Part shown: piece by piece, positions 1 through 9,520 of the stretch
Position numbering within the stretch: position 1 is the first letter of the stretch
Layout: the number at the start of each line of letters is the position of its first letter
Source of the DNA: Bigelowiella natans CCMP2755
Taxonomy: Eukaryota; Protista; Cercozoa
Assembly (NCBI GenBank): GCA_000320545.1
Contig: ADNK01003099.1
Coordinates: forward strand, 22,121 to 86,120
Direction of reading: 5' to 3'
Length of the DNA stretch: 64,000 nucleotides
Program-made: the position numbers and the translations under genes
Notes under the pieces: generated by a model
What the model was told of the DNA's origin: nothing
Database searches by the model: none
The model's input: only the letters and a program-made list of their open reading frames with translations

Positions 1-1
1 T

Positions 2-3000
2 TGCGGATACTGCTCACGTAAAGGGAAACACACCGCTAAAGACTGCAGAGACAGGAAAGAAGGACGACCCAGGATGACGATCAGGCAGCTCAACGAACAC
101 TACGAGAAGTTAAAGAGAAAGAAAGGCAGAGGACAAGGATATAACAACAGCAAATGGCAAGGCAGCAACAACGGGAAGAACAATAAATATAAGAACAAAA
201 AGCAGAACAGTATCAATGCTATACAGCAGCAGATAAACGGAATATTAGATCACCTTAAGCAGGCGCCGACGAAGACAGCAGTACCAGCAACGCAGGACCA
301 AGACAAGCCCATGACCCTAGACGACATAAAGAACTTAGGAGTATGCAACATTAATGACGAAGACGCTAACAGGACTATCAAAGTTGCTATGACCAAGGTT
401 AAAGTTAAAGACAGCTACGGAGACTACAAGAAACTACCTGCCCTTTGGGATAGTGGCAGCATGCCGAAGTCCTTCATAAGCCTAAGCACAGTAAGAAGGT
501 TAGGACTATTGGATCAAGTGACTAAGAAAGAACGTAAATATGCTCAAGCAGACGGAAGCTCTTCCATGAAGACCGTCGGTGAGCTAATGCTAAAGCTACA
601 GATACCTGGCAGCGACGCGGAGACCCAAATCAAGACCCGAGTAGCCATGACTTTATCCATGGAACTACTCCTCGGACAGGATGCCCTAGAAAAATTAGGG
701 GGGATCATATCATTCTACAATCACAAGATATACTTTGCTAAGTTGCCAAAGAAGTCAGGCAGGACCATCAGCCAGAACATGATACGGCTTGACGAGTGGA
801 CCTCTGAGTCAAGCGTTAATGCGTTAGAGTTTATGGACCTAGCGGACAACAAGCTACCTACACCTACCGAGCTACGGAAGAAGAACCCCGGCAAGACCAT
901 CCGACAGATAACGGAGCTACTGGACAAGACCCCCCCAGCTGATGATTGGGATATCGACAAAGGCAAAAAGTACATTAATAAAATATTAAACGAGAAGTAC
1001 TCTGACATCACCAAGCCGACGACGAAGCCCTCCAGCAAGCTTACCCCAGTAAAGATCGAGCTAAAGAAGGGATACGAAGAGTGCATCATCAATGACCCAG
1101 AACATAGGCGACCGGAAGCGGACTGGGAAAAGATAGAGTGGCAGATCAATGAATGGGCAAAGGAAGGGAAGATAGAGCCAAGCAACTCACCATGGAACGT
1201 GAGACATGTGCTAGCTAAGAAACCTACTTACCCTTTCTTCCGCCTGGCGCACAACTTCATCCGCCACAACCGAGTAATAAAGAGGATCCAGACACCTACA
1301 CCAAGGATAGATGACGTTATTGAACACGTCATAGGATACAAATACTACTCTTCCCTAGATAAAAATGAATCATACATGCAGACACCCATCCACAAAACCT
1401 CCCGCCCCATTACCGCGTTCTCCAGCAGGCACAGGAAGTGGCACTTCGTCGTATTCCCTTACGGCCTAAGCATATCAGGGGATGCGTTCAGTAGTCAGAA
1501 CTACAGGGCATACACACATGATGGGATGGCGTCTGTGTTGTGGGTGTTTGTGTTTGTGTATGTGGATGATGACATAATATGTACCAACACAGTCGTCGCT
1601 CAGATCTTCCTCCTGGAAAATATATTTATTAGGTTTGCACACTTCGGTTTTACTATTAGACTGCAGAAGTGTACATTCCTAGCTACAAGAATCAAGTGGT
1701 GTGGATATTACCTGGAGCAAGGCCGCATCACCCCAAACCCCGAGAAAGTAGCAGCACTACAGCAAGCCCCTAAACCTAAGAATGCAAAGGAGTTAAAGTC
1801 ATTCTTGCAGACTGCAGCTTGGATACTACGTAGGTTCTCCCCTACCTACGCTAGGACTGCAGCTGCTTTTACTACTGCTTACCGGAAGGAGAACTCTGTA
1901 GGCCTCAGCTTCGCTAAGGTGTGGGCCAAGGCTGGCCTTGATGCCCACTTCGATAACCTAATAAAGTTATGCAGCAACACCCTATTGAATGCTAAGCTAG
2001 ACACTACTAGACCAGCTACCCTATGGACAGACTGGTCTAAGCTAGGTATGGCTGCTGTACTTACCCAAGACCAGCAGATCATACGGGTGTGGGGCAGGGC
2101 CTGCACAGCAGCTGAGGCCAAGTACAGCCCTACAAAAGGAGAGTATAAAGCCATGACTGAGGCGCAGAGGAAACTAAGATACTACCTGCTGTCGGTGCCC
2201 AGCTTCACCTTAATGACTGACCACAAGCCCCTCCTAGGCATCGACCGCAAGCTCGAAGCGCCTAACGATGAGTATGCAGCTATGAGGGCGGACACGGAAG
2301 AGTTTAGGGACAAGAGGACAGTGGTCTACGCACCAGGAGACAAGCAGCTTGCTGACTATTTCAGCAGGCTGTTCGAAAAGAAAGTCCCTACCCAGGTCAC
2401 CCCTATGGTTAACGCGATTACCTTCGAGGACGGCGACTTCCTGCCTGAGCCAGAGGAGCTCCAGCACCTTCAAGAACACCTGGATAAATACAAACACAAG
2501 CATGAGGTACTTAGTGATAGGATATATGTATACACTAATAATGTTAGGCGTACCTACGTGCCACGGCGGACCAGGGGAGCCCTTCTCTTTACCGCCCATG
2601 GACCTGCACACGTAGGAGAAAACCATATCACTGCTCTACTCTACCATTACTACTGGCCCTACAAGCTAAAAGAGATAAGGACATACCTGCGTGGCTGCAG
2701 GTGCTCCAGCTTGAAGGCGGCAGGCGTCGCCACCAAGGAGTCCAGCAAGAGCCGTGCATCTAAGAAAATCAAAGCAAGGAACTTCTTAGATATCGTGCAA
2801 ATTGATGTTTATAAGTACGATGGCTATCACTACCTTACCTTCGTTGATGTGGCCACTGGAAAGTGCTGGGTTAAAAAGATTATCAAGGTCAACGTTGCTA
2901 AGAAGAACAAAGGCTTATATAAGCAGAGGCTTACTAACTGCTACCGTACCTGGGAGTCTGAGCTCCAGGCTATCCCTGATGAAGTTAGCATAAACAAGAT

Positions 3001-3868
3001 ACCAAAGAAGTTACATGTGGATAATGAGACCTCTCTTCTACAGCTACCACACCCTAATATTGATGCCTCACCTGTATACTATGCCCAGTCCAACTCCAAG
3101 GTAGAGCGACTCCACCGCACCTTGGCCAACCTAAGCAGGATAAATAGCACCACACCAGACAAGATACAAGGGTTAGTAAACGACACCTTCACGTCTGGGG
3201 GAGGTATCAAGGATAAGGAGAGGGAAGAAGGCGACGACAACGACGACGATACCGAGAGCGAAGACGAGAAGGTCCCGTACGATGGCCGAGTTCTAAAGGA
3301 AGGACAGTATGTTAGGGCCAAGGTAAATCTGAGATCGAGAAATAAACAAGACCCCTTCTGGGGTGGCGTTGCAAAGGTTACCGAGAGGAAGGGGAGGAAG
3401 CAGTACTACATCTATGATGGGAACAGGGTCACCTTGCGCCACATCAGTCACCTAAAGAATTATGATATCGGTGAGAAGCTCCTAGAGGATGTTAAAGTAA
3501 ACCCTACTGTGTGGGAGCGAGCAATGCCTTGTTTAGGACCCCGACCTAAGTTCGATGTGGAATATGGAAACAATAAGGTCAGGGTGAACGACGATTGGCG
3601 CATGAAGATTGTCTATCTAGGCTACCCTGGATTACGAAATATGGAGAGGGTAGCTATGAAAATAAAGGACGGAAAATATCAGCTACTCTACCTAGCTGTT
3701 CCCGACTTACCCTTTGAGCACTGGTATAAGGTCCTGGGGGACCTTGATGCAGAGGGCTGGTATGGACACGAACCTAAGGACGAAGGTGAGTTCTGGGTAA
3801 GCGACAAAGGAGATAAGGTTAGAGAGGAATCTATTACCTGGTGGTTGGTGAAGTTCCGAAAGCGATGA
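2..3868 (+). CDS. Gag-Pol polyprotein (5'-partial): zinc knuckle, aspartic protease, RT, RNase H, integrase, extra C-terminal domain
   Basis: Frame is open from base 2: CGYCSRKGKHTAKDC (CCHC knuckle) is in frame with ORF 74-3868. Protease ALWDSGS; RT LDKNESY..PYGL..YVDD; RNase H TDWS..E..TDHKPL..ADYFSR; integrase H..H..CRC, QIDV, FVDVAT, HVDN..SNSKVER; SH3-like GPY/F region ending RHISHLKNY. Confidence 0.95.
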   Translation, partial: CGYCSRKGKHTAKDCRDRKEGRPRMTIRQLNEHYEKLKRKKGRGQGYNNSKWQGSNNGKNNKYKNKKQNSINAIQQQINGILDHLKQAPTKTAVPATQDQDKPMTLDDIKNLGVCNINDEDANRTIKVAMTKVKVKDSYGDYKKLPALWDSGSMPKSFISLSTVRRLGLLDQVTKKERKYAQADGSSSMKTVGELMLKLQIPGSDAETQIKTRVAMTLSMELLLGQDALEKLGGIISFYNHKIYFAKLPKKSGRTISQNMIRLDEWTSESSVNALEFMDLADNKLPTPTELRKKNPGKTIRQITELLDKTPPADDWDIDKGKKYINKILNEKYSDITKPTTKPSSKLTPVKIELKKGYEECIINDPEHRRPEADWEKIEWQINEWAKEGKIEPSNSPWNVRHVLAKKPTYPFFRLAHNFIRHNRVIKRIQTPTPRIDDVIEHVIGYKYYSSLDKNESYMQTPIHKTSRPITAFSSRHRKWHFVVFPYGLSISGDAFSSQNYRAYTHDGMASVLWVFVFVYVDDDIICTNTVVAQIFLLENIFIRFAHFGFTIRLQKCTFLATRIKWCGYYLEQGRITPNPEKVAALQQAPKPKNAKELKSFLQTAAWILRRFSPTYARTAAAFTTAYRKENSVGLSFAKVWAKAGLDAHFDNLIKLCSNTLLNAKLDTTRPATLWTDWSKLGMAAVLTQDQQIIRVWGRACTAAEAKYSPTKGEYKAMTEAQRKLRYYLLSVPSFTLMTDHKPLLGIDRKLEAPNDEYAAMRADTEEFRDKRTVVYAPGDKQLADYFSRLFEKKVPTQVTPMVNAITFEDGDFLPEPEELQHLQEHLDKYKHKHEVLSDRIYVYTNNVRRTYVPRRTRGALLFTAHGPAHVGENHITALLYHYYWPYKLKEIRTYLRGCRCSSLKAAGVATKESSKSRASKKIKARNFLDIVQIDVYKYDGYHYLTFVDVATGKCWVKKIIKVNVAKKNKGLYKQRLTNCYRTWESELQAIPDEVSINKIPKKLHVDNETSLLQLPHPNIDASPVYYAQSNSKVERLHRTLANLSRINSTTPDKIQGLVNDTFTSGGGIKDKEREEGDDNDDDTESEDEKVPYDGRVLKEGQYVRAKVNLRSRNKQDPFWGGVAKVTERKGRKQYYIYDGNRVTLRHISHLKNYDIGEKLLEDVKVNPTVWERAMPCLGPRPKFDVEYGNNKVRVNDDWRMKIVYLGYPGLRNMERVAMKIKDGKYQLLYLAVPDLPFEHWYKVLGDLDAEGWYGHEPKDEGEFWVSDKGDKVREESITWWLVKFRKR

Positions 3869-3919
3869 AGGTCTAAGGGAATAAGGAAGGAAGGAAGGAG
3901 CAACGTGACTTGGGGGAGG
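3867..3919 (+). promoter_or_regulatory. Polypurine tract region for plus-strand priming
   Basis: Purine run AAGGGAATAAGGAAGGAAGGAAGGAG, then GGGGGAGG immediately before the LTR-initial TG. Confidence 0.75.
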
Positions 3920-4245
3920 TGTAGCGCGTACCACTACGCGGGCACAAGTCACGTGCGACAACAAAGGGGTTGTCGCGGATATAGAATATAGATAACGTAG
4001 ATATTAATACAGCATAGGCACGTGGGTTCCGGCGGGACTCATGGCAGCACACCGGAAGTGTGCTGCCCCACGTGCGGCGGCATTCGCGAAAGCTTCGCGA
4101 ATGATTACGCAGTGCACGATTTAATAAAAATATAATCTTTAATAAAAATAAACACAACTCTTCAAAAGGAAGCAAACGTGCCTTTCCCCCCCCCTGCCTA
4201 CTTGTGCACGTAGCGCCTCGGCCTGTGAACACCTTACGCGCAACA
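3920..4245 (+). repeat. 3' LTR (326 bp)
   Basis: Starts TGTAGCGCGTA and ends TACGCGCAACA (11-bp inverted repeat, 1 mismatch). Directly follows the PPT. AT-rich TATA-like segment ~3978-4010; AATAAA signals at ~4123 and 4141. The 3' flank CGTTC would be the TSD. Confidence 0.85.
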
Positions 4246-4860
4246 CGTTCAGGTCATCCTTGCATCACACGATTCACACTTTGCTGTCAAAACTCAGACT
4301 TTGCATTTCAAAACTGAAGACGTGCATCTAATGATGAAAACAAGTCAGTTCAAATTTCAGATCCACATCGAACTTCTCCCGAAGCTGGAACACGAACGAA
4401 GCAATTCCAGCCCCTGCTGGTCTGCTGGCCCAGAAGAGTGCATGCAAGTGTCAATTTTGCAACAGCCACAACTCACATTCCTTTTTCTTTGGCAGTTTTG
4501 CTCTCACCGACAACTCAAAATGCCCAGGACGGCATTAGTTCTAGTGAATGATTAAATCGCAAAAAACGAAACACCAGAAACAGTGAATGAGAAATGGGGA
4601 TGGCACAGTCTGTCATCGGGTGCAAAGATCTTTGAAGACACGTTCTCAGCCTCACTCAATGCAGCGTCAATGGTAGCATTGCATTTCTGCATTGCGACAA
4701 GAAACAAAATGGAAAATCACTGCAGTACGCATGCAGATTCAAAAAGGAGCATAGATGACGATGACACGCGACTACAACTAACTTCGGCGAAGGCACGTCG
4801 TAGATCCGCTTTCTGGTTTTTCCATGCCATGCGAATTAGGTTCTTCGCGAAAAGCATTAC
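4246..4860. other. TpA-depleted decayed sequence flanking the retrotransposon
   Basis: By manual reading only one TA (CTAA) in 4246-4535. Later TAs are mostly CTA/TAG; CpG is retained. Confidence 0.7.
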
Positions 4861-4875
4861 TTTGTTCACACGTCA

Positions 4876-4917
<42 letters not shown>

Positions 4918-4929
4918 CTACCTTTCAGG

Positions 4930-6523
4930 AGCAGCACAAACACACAAGCGGAGGAGCAACTACACTCGAGACTCGCAAATTGGGTTTTGGTGATTTTACC
5001 TCATCGAAATTTCAAACGAGTCTGGTCGTTCGGAGCTAAGCATTGCGAGGGATGAAAAATATCCGTGCCTGTTCGCGCGCTTGGCTTCTTAGGAAGTAAC
5101 ATGTCGGGGCGACCACAAAACTCTTTCTTAGTTACCTGATTCAACGCAAAAACTATGGAGTTTGCCATGTCGTAAGATGAGATTAATGGTCATTAATTCA
5201 ATGATAGCGAAGCAAGTTCAGAGCTATCAGATTTATTTCAGATTTTCGTCATGAAGATGTGATGCTCCATCAAAGGGGAATTTTAAAATATGAAATGAGC
5301 TTTCGCATGTATTTGTAAATTCGGCCTTCATCTCATGATTGTAAATTTTCACTAGTATCTGCAAAAATTGACATTCTTATTGATCCTGTCTGACCCGTAA
5401 TATTTCTAATGGACGCAAAGAAGCATCCTGCACAATCCACGAAGTGTTAAATCTGCATCCCCTTCATCTTCTTTACCAATACTTAGACGCCATCAGACGA
5501 ATAATAAGTAACAAATCTCATAGATAGATAGAATCTTCTTTAACAATTCTTGAAAACTGTTAACGAGTACGCAACAATCTCGTTGACAGATAGAAGTTTT
5601 GCTGATTAATTATGAAATGCATTCCATAGAAATTACGTTTCAAATAAACTAATAATCAGCAAACAAATAACGTTGAGGGAAAATTGCTCTTTGTCTGGAA
5701 ACGAAACCGCGGATCCTCAAATCTCCGAATCTGGCCAGGATTCAAAAATTATGTACACCAGAAAGCAGAATGTAGTTGTTGAATCTGAGTGCTTATGCGG
5801 CCAGTTTCACAAGGTAGGTAAAATTCTATGAATCAACGACGACTAAAATAAAAATTGTGCAAGTCACTAAACGTACCCTTATCGAAATGCATGTGTTAGG
5901 GTTGGCCTGAGAACAGGATAAGGTATCTAATTTACAAAAATTCATCTAATGATAGGTTAAAAAGATGTATTTATGCAGAGACTTAAAGATATGCTACCAG
6001 GCTCTTGAAAGCATCAGATTATCATGTAAAGATCACATGGAGCTCGAAAAGGTTTTCAAGACATCTCATGGAATTAGTGCTCGGTACGGACAGACAACTT
6101 TTGCATGATCCCAATTCTGTTATTTTATGTTTTATTCACTCAAATTAATAGCTTAAAAGAAGGGCAGCCTAAATGGATCGAACTCATGCGGATACTGCTC
6201 AAGATCGTTGGTCGAGAAGACTCCTATGCTAAAGCGGTCATCTGAGACAAATTGAAATCCTATTTAGTGAATATTTCCATCCAGTGATAGAAGATTGCAA
6301 GGTTAACAATTGCAGACCAGAAATACTGAAGTAAAGTTAATGTATAGGCTGCTATAGAAGATCTTTGGAACTGGAAGAAGAAATTTGTTTCCATGCAGAA
6401 ATCGTAAAACTCATTAAGATTAAAATCAAAAAGTTTAAAAATATACATTTTCAGGTTCCTACGTCAACATGGTATTGGTGTTGCAAACTTTATGGAGCTG
6501 GTAATATGGAAACAAATGTTTTG
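4930..6523 (+). CDS. Possible spliced hypothetical protein or pseudogene with short introns
   Basis: Plausible exon peptides between GT..AG segments (DLKICYQALESIRLSCKDHMELEK, LKEGQPKWIELMRILLKIVGRED, AAIEDLWNWKKKF, FLRQHGIGVANFMELVIWKQMF*). No recognisable domain. Confidence 0.3.
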
Positions 6524-7006
6524 AAGAAAAATCGCTAATTCATAATAATCAGTGCTCAAATCTGGTCGATTCTATCTGGGACGAGGTCGTTGAGGGAGTT
6601 CCAGTGAGAAAAATTCTTAGAGCCAATCCCCGTCAAAGGTCAACTGAGCCATCGGACCGACCTCCAAATTATCGGTAATGTGGTGTAAAATAACTCCTTT
6701 AAATCCTGCTGACCAGTTTTACATTAGGCCGTCAGATCAGAATGCTAGAAACTCTATAATTGCGTCCTCCACTGCTCACCGTCAGTCTAGTCCATCTCAA
6801 GCGTCAATTTTCGGCCATACCTTGCTATCATTAGCAGCTGAACACAAACGGAGGAAGGTGTTTGTTTCTTTATTGTATTTGATAATATAAAAGAACTTGA
6901 ATATCAGTTTTTGGTTAAGGCTGCCGAAAACCAAGATGCACTATTTACGAATAATTGCCCACCCCCTCAAAAAAAACAAAGACTCACGCAAACCAATTAT
7001 TCAAGA

Positions 7007-8356
7007 ATGAAAAATTTTTCAAAGCCTTGGAGTCCTCCTCCAGCATTGCCGTCCAAACGAGTGGGGATGATGAGACAGTATAGCGAAGAGCAAATTAATG
7101 TACAATCGCCAGTCAGAAGAGCCCCTTCATCTTTTCCAACGAAGTAGCGAGAAATATCATGATCTAGGGTTGAGATTTTCAGTCTCACATTGTGTTTACA
7201 AATAGGTCTGAAGCAACATTTGAATGTGTATGCGGACATATGCATTCCTGCTGGCCTAAGAACAGATCAAGAGATACAAAGGTAGTTAACATCACACTGT
7301 ATACAAATTCGATGAAACACTTCAACAATCCTCTTTTGTAAAGGCATGTTTAAAAGCCCTTCTTAGCCTGAAGAAAAATTGTACCTCCTTGGCGGGATTG
7401 ACTAGATGCTTGAAGCCAAGAACTAAAAAAGAGAAACCCCGTTGGGCCGAGCTTCAATGTTTGCTCATTCAAAGATTGCGGGCAATTTCCAACGCGGACC
7501 GATATGGCATATATCGCGCACATAGGGTAATTGTAAATATATTTCTATGTGGTTCAATTAAATTTCCCTGAAAATATTGTAGGACTTAAAACTGTGGCAA
7601 ATAAGAATGAAATCAATTGCTTCGAAGTTTCGCTCCGTACACGGACGCACAGTAGAGGGATATGTCACTTCTGTAGGTATTGCTATAGACACTCTGGTTA
7701 GTGATCCAGCTCAGCACGAAGTTCATGATGAAGCGGTAGGAGACAGACCACTTCGTGAGAGCGAACAAAGTTTGCTTCAATTTCAAGAAGCTACGACAAA
7801 TGCTGCTTGTGTTCCTCCAGCTGTGTCACGAATTTCGTCTTTTTATGAAACTTCACATCGCGTAAAAAAGCAGGATACAAGAAATAATCGAAGCAATGAT
7901 GGCTTCACACCAGAACGTCACGTTCATTCTCGTTTGCCTTCATTGCCTGCATATGAAAACAAAGCTGTGATGAAATCCCATGGAGAAATATTGGCAAATG
8001 CAAAATTACAAGAAGAGACTATCAAAATAGCCCTTTGTATTATTGAACGAAAACCTTATTCATGTCCCATATGTAATGATCGCTTTCACAACATCGCTGC
8101 ACTGACAACACATATAAAGTCCGGTTCCCATAGACCTAGTCAATGCCCTCCTTGCTTAACCCGTAATAATACAACAATAAGTTCAAAACCTTCAAGTAAC
8201 AGTGCATCGACCAAGCTCTCTGGAAAAGATCTTAATACCTATTTTGGCCAACAAACAATTTTATCAAGGGGTAAAAGTGGTTTTCGCCCATTTACGAATG
8301 ATTTAAGAATTATGCGCCCAAAGCAGGAAACATTGCATAGCCCTATGCACGCATGA
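7007..8356 (+). CDS. C2H2 zinc-finger protein, about 4 exons
   Basis: Spliced reading MKNFSKPW..PTK/SEATFECVCGHMHSC..DTK/ACLKALL..AHR/DLKLWQIRMKS. C2H2 motif YSCPICNDRFHNIAALTTHIKSGSH in the last exon. Confidence 0.7.
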
Positions 8357-8761
8357 GGAAGAACCTAAAATTCGCAGATACATGTTATTATTACATTGAA
8401 CTTGGGGTTTCTAAAATTATCTAAAATAATTTAATTTGGACTAAATACTACTGACATCTACTGTTCAGCTAATAAAGCTGCACCGACCTTGATTTGGTCA
8501 TGAAAACATAAGAGGAATTAACTAAAACAAACTGTCCACAAGAATATATTTAAATTTTTTTGGATATATTTCTCATTCCCAATCGCTGCAATCGATGCAG
8601 CAAGAGTACCATTGCCACACACTGCGGATAACCACAAATGAATGGTTTTTTGATTGTCATCGTTATCGATCCTGAACGATCATATAACATACAAGTGACT
8701 GGAATTCTATTTAGATAACATGCATGCAGCCAAATGTCATTGAATGCCAGGGTCACCCTGA

Positions 8762-8828
8762 ATGATAGACATGCAATACACTATATATATATATATATAT
8801 ATATATTGTGTATTGCTGTGTCTATTAT
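8762..8828. repeat. Hairpin: imperfect ~20-bp inverted repeat around a (TA)n loop; member of a dispersed motif family
   Basis: ATGATAGACATGCAATACAC-(TA)n-GTGTATTGCTGTGTCTATTAT. The left arm recurs exactly at 39610 and variants occur at 49752-49848. Confidence 0.75.
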
Positions 8829-8899
8829 CTGATGTCAGCACAAATCGTTGTAACATTGTCATGTCTCCAAGATGAGTGTACATTTTCTAAATATGCATA

Positions 8900-9300
8900 G
8901 CAAACATCCTCAGAGCTAGTCAGCTGCTAGCTAGAGCTGGCTAGTTGGAGGTCTAGAGGTGTGCTAGCATGTTGCGTCCGAGAAATTTATTTTTCGCTTA
9001 TCTAAAGATCAAACTGCAAACATTGCTTTCCAAAGGCTCCACATTTCATCATTTCATGCACAGCGGACATTCTAAACACTCACAATCATCAACAGCTAGA
9101 CAGGTGACCAGACAAATCTCTAGATCTAACTAACTAGCAGAAAGTGGATGAACTGTGACAGAATGATGCACATCTAGACATGCTAGCATGTGAGCTAGCA
9201 GCACGCTAGCACGCTCACAGCTGGACAGCCTCACTAGCTAGCTAGCTAGCTTGCAACTTGATACCAAAAATGTCATCGCGCTTGCGAAATGCACATTGTC
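8900..9300. other. CTAG-rich, otherwise TpA-depleted tract between convergent genes
   Basis: Roughly three quarters of TA dinucleotides lie in CTAG (manual count); (GCTA)n runs; rich in TGCA/CATG/AGCT. Confidence 0.8.
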
Positions 9301-9520
9301 TTTTCGTGGAACGAATTCGAGCAAAACTTCATAATTAACAATCAATTACAAGTTCTGATGTTCGAAAAATATCTGTGCATCTTGAATTCTTTTTATGAAT
9401 TCAAGAAACAACTAGACGAGGCAACCAAAATAAACTGTGCTATCGCGCTAGCGTGCGTGAAGCATGTTTCGATGTCCATTGGGAACATTTCTTTACATAT
9501 ACTGTCTTACATTCTTTCAA

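Larger units (their letters stand above)
1..4245 (+). mobile_element. Ty3/Gypsy (Metaviridae) LTR retrotransposon, 5' end outside window, apparently intact and recent
   Basis: One uninterrupted ORF with domain order zinc knuckle-PR-RT-RH-IN, followed by a polypurine tract and a TG...CA LTR with terminal inverted repeats. Confidence 0.95.
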
